From the human T2T-CHM13v2.0 reference genome, Homo sapiens: a DNA stretch of 64,000 nt. Made by a program: the position numbers and the translations under genes. The notes under the pieces were generated by a model. It saw nothing but the letters and a program-made list of their open reading frames with translations, ran no database searches and was not told the DNA's origin. Shown here piece after piece: positions 1 through 14,876 of the stretch; position 1 is the stretch's first letter; each line of letters begins with the position of its first letter. The stretch is taken from the NCBI RefSeq assembly GCF_009914755.1, contig NC_060931.1, one strand, 5' to 3'.

Positions 1-1489
1 AATATTAATTTTATCCACACATTTTATTCACTTAGTACTCCTGTATTCTACATAGCCACATTCTGTTTTGATTCATTTTTGTATTATGCCTTTCTTTTCT
101 TCTGCTGAGAGTCCATAAACAGAATTTAACAAAAGTCTGATTTCTTGTGTCATGTCTCTGAGGAGCTATTTGTGATTGTAAAGGAATGTTTTCCTGCAGT
201 AATTCTTATGCTTTCTCCATCAACTAATTGGATTAGCTTTGGGCTCATATATTTTTGATAAGAATGTCCCTGGTGAATGGGCAGGTTCTGTTAAAAAGCT
301 TTCACATATTGACATTTGCTTGAATCCAACTTTGGTTTGTGTTTTTCAAATGTGCTTTCAAAACATTTTTTATCAGCATATTTTACTAGTTTTTGACTCT
401 ACTATATAAATAAAATTGAAACAATTGAAGAGAAGGGCAGAAACAAATATGTTAAAGAATCACATCTACTAAAAGAGGTTTCTGACATAAGAATTACATT
501 GGCAGCATTGAAAACCCCGTTATGTGAGATGTGTTCCATTTGATTTCAGTTTAGTACTAAAACCAACATTTTTAAATGTTAAGATATTTGGCAAGGGTAA
601 GGTTTTATATCTCTCTATAAACCAATACTGATATATCCTTTACTGTTGACTACACTTGCTTTTTATTTGGCAACCAAAAATATGTATTCTTTAGAAAATT
701 ATAAAAGGCAAAATAAAAACTGGGGTAAATGCTTGTTCACTATAAGATTTTCTACTAAGACTTTTTTGTGAAATATAAATAAAATAAATTTACTAAACAG
801 CAAGTGTTGGATCAAATAACATTAAAATATTTATTGTCTTCTTTATGAAATAGTTGATCCAACGTCAAGTTTTACTTAATTTCATGGGGCTTACCCTGGG
901 ACAAATGGAGAACCTGAAACCACATATGATCCTTGAATATTCATACACTTCCCTCTTTTCTGAAAATTAACCATCAATTGTAATGCACAAACTTTTTAAA
1001 GAACACATTTTATTTACTGTCAATTATGTGGCATACATTAAAAAATCTATTATTCTATTTTTCTTTATTTGAAAAAGAAAATACTTCACAAATGTTGAAA
1101 TTGATTTTAAAAATCCTAATTCAATTATTAACTATATTTCTTACAGTTCTTCTCAATACCACTTTGGACATAGTCAGTATTCACTAACTTATGCTGTCGA
1201 AACAATAAATGGAATGAAAAATTGCGTATCTTTCAGAAGTGTCCCCAGAGTACATATTAATTCTGTTCCTTTATGTGATGAAACTAATTTGTTGCCCACA
1301 TCGTATTATCTTAGCTATGAAACAGTATGAAGTATCTTCTCATGTCTGCTATTTGTGAAATAAAATGTTAGCTATAGAACTGATTACTTATCTAAGCTTA
1401 AAGTTCCTTTCTGTGAAATGTGTGGTGGTGTGTGTGGGTGTGTGTAGTAGCAGGAGGTGGGGGAAGTAGCAATTTTGGTACCAACTTTA

Positions 1490-1565
1490 CATGTTCGTTA
1501 AGAGGATTAAATGAGATAATGTATAAAGAGCGCTTACAACTTATAGCACAATGCCTGCACATATT
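1490..1565 (+). mobile_element. MIR SINE core fragment
   Basis: gttaagaggattaaatgagataatgtataaagagcgctta...gcacaatgcctgcaca resembles the MIR core (GTGAGGATTAAATGAGATAAT...GCCTGGCACA). Confidence 0.65.
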
Positions 1566-1592
1566 TTTTAAATCTCCTTACAAAGATTAGTC

Positions 1593-1620
1593 AGAGAGAG
1601 AGAGAAAGAGAGAGAGAGAA
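1593..1620. repeat. (GA)n microsatellite, interrupted
   Basis: agagagagagagaaagagagagagagaa read directly. Confidence 0.9.
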
Positions 1621-1974
1621 GCTCAATTGTTTTAGAATGGGCAGTTTAATACATTTGAGTTACCTTACTGTGGTTAAGGATCAATATAATGCCTAATGTG
1701 GTTCATCAACTTTCATTCTTCTCTGGTCCATTTTTTCCAGTTTTACCAGCCGTCAGCCTTTCAAGGTACAGTCCATTCTTACCTCTTCGTCTCATAACCA
1801 TACCAATTGGAAGAGTAATTGCTTTTTGAACTCATATTCCTTTATATTCTCTGGTTTATACTTCTATCATGCATTGCAATGACTCTTGCTAATACCCCTT
1901 ACTCCAAACTGCTACATCACAATCAAAAAAGCATATCTGAATTCAAATGAGGTGACATTATCATTTAGAAAACT

Positions 1975-1978
<4 letters not shown>

Positions 1979-2021
<43 letters not shown>
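1979..2021. repeat. (AT)21 microsatellite
   Basis: Perfect AT run; it produces the YIYIY stretch in ORF 1912-2181. Confidence 0.97.
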
Positions 2022-2022
<1 letters not shown>

Positions 2023-2634
2023 CCTGGAATGTATTTGACTCTCAAATGTGGATTGAATCAAAATGAAAGTTTTGCTGAATAACTGAGTTAATGAAATAAT
2101 TACATACGGTATGAAAATGTAGTAAGTGCTAATCATTAATATTTTACTAAGAAATAAATAGTGATGAACAAATTTCTCCATTATTTAGCTATAGTACTTA
2201 CTGGCTTAAACATAACTTTTCTTTTTTTTTTCTCCCTTGATTGTATGTCAAATGATACAGAGGTTCTAATCCAAAATCACAGATGTTATCAGGCTGATAC
2301 ATATCCTGAAGAGACAGCAAAGGCTTACATAGTTACCTGGACAACCTCATGACCCAGGCAACTGAAGGAAAAAGGCCTGGAATAGTAGGCAGTTTTCATG
2401 ACCTCGTTTTAATGGTATGGGCCATGTAGGTTGTAATTCCTTTATGACATGCTGCAGAGGTTGTTAAATTTTTTGAAAACTACACCTGTGTTTCAGGTGC
2501 TTGGTGAGCTTAACAGTTGTAATTGTTTATATCTATTTGCTGTATTGTCAACCTCTTGCTTATAACTTAAAGGCACTTCTCCATTAAAGTACTCAGGATG
2601 TCAAGGGCTCATTTTCCATCTCCTCTACTCTATC

Positions 2635-2755
2635 AGAAGTTTCCAACAGGGGAGAGCCCTATCTTATTCACCTTTCTTAACAGCCTGTCATTCAGCCTGT
2701 TTCTTAGAAGATGGAAGGAGATCAATAAAATGTGTTAAATAAGTAAGTAAATGAG
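2635..2755 (+). mobile_element. L2 LINE 3' end fragment
   Basis: aagtttccaacaggggagagccctatcttattcac...gttaaataagtaagtaaatga resembles the L2 3' terminus. Confidence 0.45.
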
Positions 2756-3450
2756 GACATCACTAGTGTGTTTGTCCTTTCCTACTCAGCTGTCAGGAGA
2801 TTCCACGACCTCCTTCTTCTGCATCTTGTCTACCATTATTGACAAGTACTATTTCTTGCTGGAAGATTAAGAAAAATATTGGGCTTTTTGCCTTATTTTT
2901 AATGTGGATTATAGGCAACAACTACTACAGTTTGACAATTACTACACTAGATTGACTTTCCTTGGACATATTATCATTAACCTAGGCCCTGGGAAGTAGT
3001 GGAAAACATACAACTGAGCTAGTAAAGAATATTCAGAAGAAGCGTGGTGCAAATGCCCCCAGCCCTGTTCCTTCTTCCAAATAGGTCTGAAAAGTTTTGA
3101 AATTCATAGAAAGATTATGGACAGGTATAAACTGTCCAAAGTTTGCAAAACTTTGTCACCCAAAAGTAACTATTAACAGAATTAAAAGCACATCATATTA
3201 AGTAGCCAGGACTTAAAGACCTATTTATAGTATCAGTTTGGTGGAAAAAATCCATCCCAAGCTTTAATCTTCAATAAACAGCTCTAAAATCAGCACGCAA
3301 CCTGATATGAAGCCAACTGTATGTCTTTAAATTAGGTGTCATATTTATCCTGAATTACCTTTTAAAATGTGGGTTCTTTGAAACTACAGTTCAAATTTGA
3401 GCTTCTAAGAAACTTACCAAGAAGGAAACACTTGTTCCCTTGATTTTCCT

Positions 3451-3488
3451 TAAAAAAAAAAAATAAATAAAAATAAAAAAAAATAAAA
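3451..3488 (+). repeat. A-rich tract (A/TAAA)
   Basis: taaaaaaaaaaaataaataaaaataaaaaaaaataaaa with no attached element body. Confidence 0.85.
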
Positions 3489-3894
3489 GAGTTGAAAATG
3501 ATGGAGCTTATTAAATCTGAAACCAAGCTTTTAACAAGTTACTACCAACCTTCAAAGCATTCTTTGGAATGTGCAGTTTCTTTTTGGACATGGTGGTTAT
3601 TATTGACCTAAAGTAGTGTTTTCTTAATCCACCATCCATCATTACCTTCTTCTTGACACTTATGTTAGTGTACCCGAATATTCCTTTGAGATTTGATGAG
3701 GGATTTTAAAAGTGTATGGTCAACACTGGAAATATATATAGTTTTCTCTTTAGGGAATAGAGATAGTGGACTTTGAAATATGTAAGTGACAAGCTCTTAA
3801 CGTTTTAGAAATATGTGGCTGTCATTAAATACTAGTATTAAGTAAATCATACTTTAAGTAATATACAAATTTATTTTTACTAAAACTTCAAACT

Positions 3895-3982
3895 TAGAGT
3901 TATGTAGGATAATGTAAATGAGAGAATTAATTAGGTAAAACTTAAACAGCTGGCACATGAACTGTACTTAATGAAGCATTGA
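3895..3982 (+). mobile_element. MIR fragment
   Basis: gttatgtaggataatgtaaatgagag...cttaaacagctggcacatgaactgtacttaatga. Confidence 0.45.
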
Positions 3983-5024
3983 CTTAAAAAAAATCACAGA
4001 ATGAACTTAAAGGGAGTCATTTCCTTAATTCATTTGTATAGTGTTTCCTTTGTTGAAATAAAGGCACAAAATTACTAAGGCACTATTCAAATATTAAATA
4101 AGCAAAACCATTACAATTTTATTCCAAACATTTGAGTAACCCTTGTGATGGGTCAGTTCCCTGCTCCGTACTCAGATATCAGCCTGTGCCATGCCCCACT
4201 TAGGTTATGCATAGTTCTTTATTCAAAGTGTTTTTAGGAGTTGGTGTTCATTACAATATTTATATACGGTAGAATCAGCCTCCCAAGGGACTTACAATTA
4301 CTTTTTTAATGCAATCTGCTACTTAGCAAAGGATTATTTTCCAAGTTTAGTAACTTTTTTCCCATTAAGAATATTTATCTTTCAACAAATTAGCTATGGG
4401 GTGTTGGCTTTGGTAGTGTTGCAGAAAAGATCAAATTGTTTCCTGCCGACCAGGCAGCCATCCTAAAGTAACAACTTGGACCAGCCTGATTCAGGCAGCA
4501 CTTTGTTAAGTGTTATGAATTCTCTTATTTTAAGCATATTCCAGGCAACTTAATTGTTTACATTTATATTTGTATTATTATTAAACTTACCATTTAAATT
4601 ACAAGTCATACTTCATAGAATTTTAGAATTGGGAAGGACCTCCAAAATGCATATACTCATCTCCTTATAATTTTTAATTCTTATTAATAAAAACCATAAT
4701 ATATGATTGCTCAGAATCTCAATCATCTAAAACTATATGGGTATAGTCCATTGCAAATGCGATAATTTGCCCTGGATAATTAAATTGACTTTGTGTTCAT
4801 AATTTTTTTCTTTTCTTTTTAAATCTAGACTATGTTCTACATTATTGAAATACATCAGACCACTGTAATGGACAAACACCACAGCAATTTTGAAATTCAT
4901 ATTAAAGATATCTAAATAATGATACTCAAATAATAATGTTATCAAAATATAATCATTAAGTAGAAAGTTATATATCAGAAGCCCTCTTTTGTATATAATT
5001 TTTAATCATTCATTTTCTTCACAA

Positions 5025-5445
<421 letters not shown>

Positions 5446-5655
5446 ATTTGTATTTTCAGTGGCTTCAAGATACAACCCAGCTTAATAAACTATTCAACTT
5501 GTTTTTAATAAGCTAGAATAATAAATGAAAAATCTTGAGCAGCTTCAGATAAGAATAATCTTAAAATAAAGTTGGAAGTGGGGAAGATAATTAACAATTA
5601 CTAAAAATTTACTTTGTGTTAAATATCATCTTAGAAATATCCTCCCCTTACTTAG

Positions 5656-5778
5656 TATGCTCATTTTTTTTTACCATAAAAGAGTTAATATAACCTCATT
5701 ACACTTCTCTAAACTTAATATGCTCATTTTTTACCATAAAAGAGTTAATAAAACCTCATTACACTTCTCTAAACTTAG
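5656..5778. repeat. Two-copy ~60-63 bp tandem duplication
   Basis: tatgctca(T)naccataaaagagttaata(t/a)aacctcattacacttctctaaactta at 5656-5718 and 5719-5778. Confidence 0.95.
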
Positions 5779-6009
5779 AGAAGTGATGTGCTCAAAGAAA
5801 TGCCAGGATTTAAACATTCTAGGTTTTCTAATTCTAAATGTATATTTCTTTTTACTATAATTCAAACTATGCTGGCATTAGAGTTATATTTGCACTGAAT
5901 GTTAAAAATTTATTTCAATTTGTTCTCCACTTAATATTAATTTATACTGAAATTGGTAGTTTACACAGTATTTTGCTATAGAGTAGTTTATTTGGTCTTA
6001 ATGATTAGT

Positions 6010-6440
6010 TGTGGCAGACACTGTTGATGTCCCACCTAAAACTACTTGGACATCACAGTTCTTGAAAGTTTCACTGTAGGATCTGTAGCTCTATCCCTGA
6101 GGGTTTTCTTTGGCTACCAGAACCACGTAATCGGTATATATAGGACAGGGCAGAAGAGGCAGGATGGTAATGTCCCTGGAAATAGCTCTCAAGCAGTAAC
6201 TAATAGGAATTAGTAGATAACTAGTCCAGTTTCCTATCTGTGAGCAATACAGCAGCTCTGCACATGTTCTACAGGGTTTCCTAGAGTTCCTCAACTGCCC
6301 ACAGCAGTCATCTGCTCCATAATACAGCCTTTATTGACTCATTCCCTTTCCTTTCTCACCTCCTATTCCAAACCAGTGCTTCCTGGGATTATCTCTGAAA
6401 TTAGCTTTCATTTAAATGCTTACCTCTAGTTTAGAATACA
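6010..6440 (+). mobile_element. Solo ERVL LTR, LTR16-family-like
   Basis: Starts tgtggcagacactgtt; contains ggacagggcagaag...gtaatgtccctgg; 3' ccagtgcttcctgggattatctc...aaatgctt resembles the LTR16 end. Confidence 0.65.
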
Positions 6441-7085
6441 ACCTCCCCTACAAATGAGGAGAGACGAGGTAAGGTTAAGAGATTATTTATCCTTACTCAT
6501 TAATGGGGAATCAACTATCAAGTTTAACCTGTGTTTTTTGTCTCTACATGCATCTTACTTTCTGTGGCAATTTTCCAGTTTATTTTCTGGGCCTTCCTAG
6601 TATGGGTGGGGGTGGTGGAGATCGGCTCTCTGTTACTGCAGCTGTGTAATAGCTTCTTCCTCTATTCCACATGCACAAAAGCAGAGAGGCCAAATCAGTG
6701 GTGTTGGTCTCAGCTTGGGACAAATGTACATTCCATGTGGACTTTATGTTCCACTTGAATTAAAGCAGTTTGGTTACAGATAATATCAGTTTGGGGATTT
6801 TAAATTTAGACTTTAAACAAAGCAGAATTTTTCTGATTAGCATGCTAAAACTATACTCACTTGTAATAAACAATTACTAAGGGTAAAATATACAAATTGT
6901 GAATTGTATTTTAAGCAAAATATCTCACTCATTCAAAAGCACATTGTGGGTCTAAAGGGATTAGGTTTATGCCAGTCATTGTTTTGTCTCCATTTTTGCT
7001 CCATGGCCCTCTGTTTGCAATGGCTGCAGTTCCCTCTTTCTGTCTGCACTAACAGAAGACACCTTTTGACTCTCCCCTCACGTAA

Positions 7086-7875
<790 letters not shown>

Positions 7876-7889
7876 AACTTTTCAATTTT

Positions 7890-8035
7890 TCATGTTTAAT
7901 TTTTGTGTACACTCTCTCTCTCTCTCTATATATATATATGGTGCATGAGATGTTTTGATACATGCATGCAATGCATAAAAAACACATCTTGGGAAAGGGG
8001 GTCTCCATCCTCTCAGGCATTTATCCTTTGTGTTA
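7890..8035 (-). mobile_element. L1MA2/3-like 3' end fragment containing (CT)n(TA)n
   Basis: catgagatgttttgatacatgcatgcaatg...ggggtctccatcctctcaggcatttatcctttgtgtta matches an L1MA 3'UTR terminus in antisense. Confidence 0.75.
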
Positions 8036-8194
8036 ATTTGAAGGGTTTTTTGTTTGTTTGTTTCTGTCTCTAATTTGTTTATTCCAGTATCCAGCTTGCT
8101 CTCTAATCATATCCCTCAGGATTCATGTTGATCATTGTACTTATCATTAGTTGACATTAAATTGTTTATTCACCAATTTATTTATTTTTTCTTT

Positions 8195-8325
8195 CCTCCT
8201 GTATGTGAATCTAAGTTCCAAGAGAGCAGGAATGAGATGAGATGTTTTGTTTATTGTTTTCGATTATATCCTGAGGTCTTGGCACATGTTCTGCCTCAAA
8301 GTAAATACTTGAATATTATTTGAAC
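8195..8325 (+). mobile_element. L2 3' end fragment
   Basis: gaatctaagttccaagagagcagg...tcttggcacatg...aatattatttgaa. Confidence 0.55.
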
Positions 8326-8472
8326 AAAAATGCCTCTTGCTTGGGAAAAATTAAATAAAATTTTAATTTTAACATTTAAATATTAATATTAATATATTTA
8401 ATTTTAATATTAAAAATCTTCTTCTTAGAAAATATTACCCTTTGTATTTGAGCATTAAAATACTGACTTCCT

Positions 8473-8770
<298 letters not shown>

Positions 8771-9309
8771 AGCCAGTGACTAAGAGGACAAAGCAAGATC
8801 TGATCAATTGCAGCTCACTATAGATAACTGTTAAAATTTACTTTTTATAATGTGAAATTATTTTTGCAAAGAATGAACAGAAAAGATTCTTATTTTACAA
8901 GGTGATTCCCTGGTTTTACCAAGAAGACAAGGGTTTATGAAAGCATTCCACAGAAACAGAGCTATGTTTTTTTTTTCCGATGCACATTTATCTGCAGTTA
9001 ATATAACTAATAAATTGAACAAGCGTAATCTTGCATATGTTATTATAAAGCAGTGTATTTTTTATAAGTATTTGAACATTGCTCAGTGGCTATTTATCCC
9101 TTGCACCTAAATGAAGACAGAAACAAAACTAAAATAGCTCATGATTTCTCTAATCACTATTAAGTTTAAAAAAGTATTTTAATCAATTTCAGTTCCAAGA
9201 TATGGTTTCATTTCAGGATTAGAATGTTCACTTGCATGTGATCTCAAACTATCCAACTATTTTAAGTTACAATTACTTTCTTTTGTTTAGAGTCTATTTC
9301 TGTCTAGAT

Positions 9310-9890
9310 ACCTGTTGCAGAGAAGGGAACAAGGTCTGCTTCTTTCTCAATTATCTTGTTCCCCATCTCCTATGGGTTTTAACCTCCTCAGAGTTTGAGG
9401 ACAGTTTGGAGAGGAAAGCGGTGGAGAGTAGGAAAGATCTCACCTGACTTATACTGTCATATATTGACTGCACATTGACTCTAATGGGGCATGTTCATGG
9501 GCTCTTTGGAGAAAGCCCTTCTACCATTACTCACAGCTGGGCCACTCTCCTGTAGTTACCCTGATGGAAGTGATACACTCTCCCCTAGCTTTTTACTGAT
9601 TCCTTTCAAAGTTCCAAGTAACCTTCAGTGCCCTTTGCTGAGTCCTGCTCACTCTTCAGTCTAAGACAGCTCCACTGGCTCTCTCTCGCACCTAACTTGC
9701 ATCTGGTTTGTGGATAACTTTCAGGCATCATTTCACCGGACTAAGGACAGTCCTAAGGAGGCAACCACTCCTTTCTTCGTTCATCAGCAGCTAACCAGTC
9801 CATCCCTTGCTTTTTATATTAATCGAGGGAGAGTCTGATATCAGCCTCTTTCACTAGACTTGAGGTACAGAGAAGCTTTGGGTAAGTTTA
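9310..9890. mobile_element. Possible ancient LTR-like element (family not assigned)
   Basis: ~580 bp block noticeably GC-richer than its flanks, with no coding signal; no diagnostic motif recognised with confidence. Confidence 0.25.
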
Positions 9891-10239
9891 AGTTTGAGAT
9901 TCATAGCAAAGCCATCTGCAAAGGCACCCACGATTTCCTATATTTTCTTGCTCACTTTTTAAAGCTCTCAATGTGAGATGTTTTGAGTATTGTAACTAGT
10001 ATTTGTACAATCACATTTTTCACAACTTTTATATTAATAACCTGTTACACACACATAAAAAATGCTCTATTTCTTCTTTGTCTTGTATTCTCATAGTAAA
10101 AGCATATTAAAATATAATGGCTGCATAACAAACCAAATAATCGTTTACTAAAAATGTGTCTAGTGCATTCAAATAAAGCACGTGATCTTGAGTTTGGTTA
10201 TTAACACAGAGGCCCAATTCTGTGTTTCCATAATGGACT

Positions 10240-10510
10240 ATAACACTAGCTAATGTTTACTGAGTTTTTCTTAAGTGCCTGACACCTTGCTAACTGTTTA
10301 TATAAATTATGATTTGAGGAGAATCAATAAATAACATTTATAGAGTGATTTTGTATACCAAGCACTCTTCTTAGTACTTTATGTGTATTAACTAATTTAA
10401 ACCTAACAACAAACCCATGAAGTAGGTGTTACTATTACCATCCCAATTTTAGAGACAAGGGAATGAAGGCACCAATATTTAAGCAATTTGTGTAAAAATA
10501 CATAGCTATG
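10240..10510 (-). mobile_element. Two adjacent MIR fragments
   Basis: gctaatgtttactgag...gtgcctgacac (10245-10300), and aacatttatagagtg...aacaacaaacccatgaagtaggtgttactattaccatcccaattttagagacaagggaatgaaggcac (10330-10510). Confidence 0.75.
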
Positions 10511-11844
10511 AAAGGTCATCTTTCCTATACTTTACAGTACAATTTAGGACTCAAAATATCTTATTAAAATATCTGTTTGTGTCAGTTCTACTCTCAAGGT
10601 TATCAGTTTCTCAAAGGAACCCACCAAGTGCTATTTAATCTTCTAGTCCAAGTACTTAGTTCACAATAGAGATTATTTTTTTCTCTTGCAGTTGAATAAT
10701 ACTTTCAGTCTTGGGCTTTCTAATTTAAATATTTTCAAAAGTATTCTTAATTACATAAAATTAAGAAAATAATCATTAGATATCCTTCCAAATTTTTGGT
10801 CGAACAAGTTATAAACCAAAAATATAAAAGAAATTACAAGTATTCTAGTTGTTTTATACTAATAAATTACTCCTCTCTAAACAATTGTCAGTGATGAATA
10901 TTTTTTTAGATCCTTACAGATTCCATTTTAAGCAAAATAATAAAGACTTCATCTTCACAGTTCTTGCTCCGTCTTTACTTTTGAGCAAAATTGGGATCTG
11001 TCTTTTCTAAGATGTATACATTGTCCAGATCCCTGGGCTTCTTGGTATTCTCAATAAAACTGCAGTTCTTTAAGGAATAACTATTGAATTCCATATTTTT
11101 TTCTGATACTAATCATAACTACACGAGGAAACAAGAAATTTAATTTGTGCTCCTTCTATTACTCTACTCTCAAATTAAAGGTGTTACATTTCTATGAGAA
11201 ATTTACTTCTTATTAAAAGCCATTAGTCTACAAAAGAGTTTTACATTCAGAACCTCAAATTGGAATTATTAAATTATTTTATATAAGTCCTATAATTATG
11301 GTAGAATGCCTTAATAAATTACTTGGCTTTGAGAATGTAAGAGGATTGAAAGGTAAAATATACTAACTCTACTTTGAACATTAATTGGATTTGGGGCTCT
11401 AGCTTTAACATATTATTTGGTAGCTAATGTTAAAACCTTTCTCACCACCCCACCTCCCCATTCTGTCCTCCCAAGCAAGAAAACACAATGGTCATGTTTG
11501 TATAATTATACAGATGTCTATTTATGCTTATAAATAACTGATGTTAGAAAAATAATTCTATAGTCACATATTCTCAAGTTTTAATCATAAGAAACATTGA
11601 CTGAAGAGAGTCCATCTAACATCAGAAGCATATATAAAGGAGAGAGTTGTTTTTCCTTCTAAGGAACTAAACTTTGTTTACATGTATAAATGTTCTAGAT
11701 TTCTTAAATAATGTAATAATCTTAGTTATAATTGCCACAAAAACTACATTCAATTTTTAAGCTTATGTGTATAGGAGTTTATACATTAAGCCTGGTAATA
11801 GGAGCTCAGATTTTTAAAAAAAACACAAAACTTGTAATGTTATA

Positions 11845-11990
11845 GAATGTAGAGTATTAGATTTGAAAGTGATCATAGGGATCATTAGTGAAATATCTCA
11901 TGTTTCAAATAGGAAAATGAAAATCCATCATAGTATATCTTTATAAGGTGTCACACTCATTAATAACAAACTGAGACTGGATTACAAACA
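11845..11990 (-). mobile_element. MIR3-like fragment
   Basis: agtattagatttgaaagtgatcatagggatcattag...ctcatgtttcaaataggaaaatga. Confidence 0.4.
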
Positions 11991-12876
11991 TCACTGTTTT
12001 GCGTGAAAATTAGAATAGATAACCAGTGCTCAATAAATGTTCTTTCAGTCAACTAATCTATCAAGTTCTAGTACTCATTTTTAAATGCTAAATTTGCAAA
12101 TTACGATGAAGACAGACAAAAATATTTTTCTCCAAGAAGAAAGAACTACACATAAATGTTCTTGTGAAATGGGAACTTCTTTGGTTTAAATGGAAAACAT
12201 GCCTGACAAAAGTGATAATAGACCAAAGAAAATTGAGTTTTCCAGTGGTGTAATTCTAGGATTAAATAGAAAAGAGCAATTCATTAGCTTAAATTTAGCC
12301 AAATTGGGACCAGAATTGGCAATTTCCTCTGCCCTATTATTTTGAGGGGAACATCAAGATTCTATTTTGCCTGAAATATTCCCCATAAGCCTTTGTATTT
12401 CCTGAAGCTAATTTTTGTCATCACTTTTAAAGAATTAAGCCATTGCTAACAAGGAGTTAGCAAATCACATCATTGACTAAAATTCTTATCACCACCACCA
12501 GGAGCAAAGGAGGGAATAAGACTACAGTTTGTTGATGAAGTCAGAAGTACGAACTCATATTCAGGTCCCTTGTAGCACCAGGATGGGAAGCTATGAGTAG
12601 CAGACACATTGGTTTCTAGAAGAAAGCGCAGGAAACCACCGAAAAGGGGAATAGAGGAATGCAAAAGAAAAAAAGTTGCCTAAGATAAAATTGCACTGAG
12701 TCAATTCGTAACAACATCAATAGGAGGTATGTGGTGATGTAACTTCGGATGTACACAGGTTTAAATGAGATCTTATAATCTTTCATTGTACATTTTACTT
12801 TTCTTCCACAGTGCTTGCCAAGGCTTATAATGATATATTGTAAATGTGATAATTTAACTCTTGCCACTCCGAAGTT

Positions 12877-12940
12877 TCTCTCTCTCTCGCTCTCGCTCTC
12901 TCTCTCTCTCACACACACACAGACACACACACACACACAC
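12877..12940. repeat. Compound (CT)n(CA)n microsatellite
   Basis: Read directly; explains the ERESE and THTH ORFs. Confidence 0.95.
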
Positions 12941-12979
12941 CCTACATACCCATACACACAAATGCATGATTTATTATGG

Positions 12980-13082
12980 GTATTGAGGGCAAAGGATGTA
13001 TTTCTTTACTACTTTGTCACCAACGTCTAACTTGGGGCTTGACACACAGAAGTTGCTAAATAAATATTTGTTAAATGAACAT
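12980..13082 (+). mobile_element. L2 3' end
   Basis: tgagggcaaaggatgtatttc...cttgacacacagaagttgctaaataaatatttgttaaatgaa. Confidence 0.65.
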
Positions 13083-14829
13083 ATGTGAAGGAATAAAAAA
13101 ACAGATAGAGATAGTTCCATATTGTCTTTAAGAGAGTTGTTTGATGTTATCTAATGTCACTTAAATTATTTAAGTCTGACTAGAAAAATCAAGCAGCCAT
13201 TATGGAAGGAATGGAGCAAGAGCCAAGCTATAACAAACTTTATACCCACTGGTAAATGCCACAGACTTAAATGTCAACAGTTGCCAAGGGCTGAGGTAGT
13301 TTGTGATGGTTTGGGTAAGTTTAACTATGTAAAACCATAAGATATTTTAAGTAATTATTGCTTAGGAGATTCTATGGCTTTTATGAAAACAAGGTTCTGT
13401 AAAATATAGAAGTGATTTTTAGTCATTTTTAGTATTATCGTGTGAGCAGTAAGCAGTGGCCACTGGATCAAAATCCAGAACCACAGAGGTGTTGGCTTGA
13501 CTGCTGAGGGCTACACCATGCTTTCTTTCACGTGCTCTTCATTATATGTGTATATATGTTGAAAGCCAGCAATATGTGGAAAAGAAACTTCTGCTCAATG
13601 ATTATTTACTTTGGGTTAAAAATGAATACCGCAGCCGGATTCTTTTTCCAATTTTTTTTTTCTCATTTTGACCACTGCCTCGGAGAATAAAGACCTTGGA
13701 TTGTTAAAGAATGTTGAAGAAATTTAAATTTGACCTCTCTCTACTTTGAAAGGCCAGAGAATTTCCCTTACTTCCCTTTCCTTCCTTCCTCCCCATTTAT
13801 CCCCTCATTTTAGGAACTCTTTTACCTATGACAGGATCATGTTTTATTTCTGGAGAAGGGACATCCTTAGGTTTCACGCCATCCATGACCAAACACATTC
13901 TCTCATGTCCTCTGTCACTGTACCGGTGGAAGCATAATTCACTTTGTAACTCAAATTAGAATTCCACAAAAGCAAGTGCAGGAATGGCTGGCACACTGAA
14001 TAAACCTTAGGCAAATTTAAGCTTTGACTTCTAGGCTCCATGATCTAAAGTTACCATCCTCATTAATGGAGTGATTATTTTTTCACCAAAACACATGTTT
14101 TACATCCATTGAAACATTATTTCTCCTTAGGAAGCTCAGAAAGCCAGCCTGCTTAAATCTGTGTTAAATGGCCTCAGCTGACAAACGCTTTGAAACTTAA
14201 AAGTCTCCAGATATTTTCAGTGTCTCTAAGACTAAAAATCCTCTATTATTGACTTATTCATAAATTGATTTTAATATCAGAAATAAAAATCATATCGATA
14301 ATAAGTGTAAATTGAGATTTTTACTTTAAGGCAATCTTCTGTTTTTTATAAAAGAGTTTTTTTTCTTTTCCAGGCTGTTCAAGGATAGGAAAATAATTAC
14401 AATTTGAAACAGAAGCTACAATTACTCTTCAGTAAATATCTGAGCAACCGGTAGTTCTATTTTATTACAATCTAAAAAGGAGCCAAGTTATGTTTCAGGA
14501 TTTCTGTCACTTTTAATGTCCTTTGAAAAAATAGACAGTGAGCTATTCCAGCCATCCTCTTAATATGTTCCAGTGCTAGAAATTATTGTCTAGTATGTAA
14601 AACTATTCAGTATGTTTAATTTAATTATGCTTCTGTAGTTGAAGATTTTGAATCCTTCTGCATCGGTAAATGATTTCCACCAACATGACTCCATTTGTTT
14701 TCATAAGCACTTATTGATACCAGATACTTTCCATCATAAAATGCTTAGGTTATAATTAAATTTCCCAATGGCTATGAAATAATGATAAATGACAGTTTTT
14801 GAAATTAAAGTTTAAAACATATCTGAAGA

Positions 14830-14830
<1 letters not shown>

Positions 14831-14873
<43 letters not shown>
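14831..14873. repeat. (TA)21 microsatellite
   Basis: Perfect TA run. Confidence 0.97.

Positions 14874-14876
<3 letters not shown>

Noticed and set aside
5656-5778. CRISPR-like repeat-spacer array (also considered for 42547-42648)
   Set aside because: Direct tandem copies with no unique spacers, no cas genes, and the DNA is primate
8355-8415. AT-rich quasi-palindrome (tttaaatattaatattaatatatttaa)
   Set aside because: Short and expected by chance in nearly pure A/T sequence
14355-14456. + strand acceptor ttttcttttccag with a possible exon
   Set aside because: Only a weak donor (ccg|gtagtt) follows and there is no recognisable coding content
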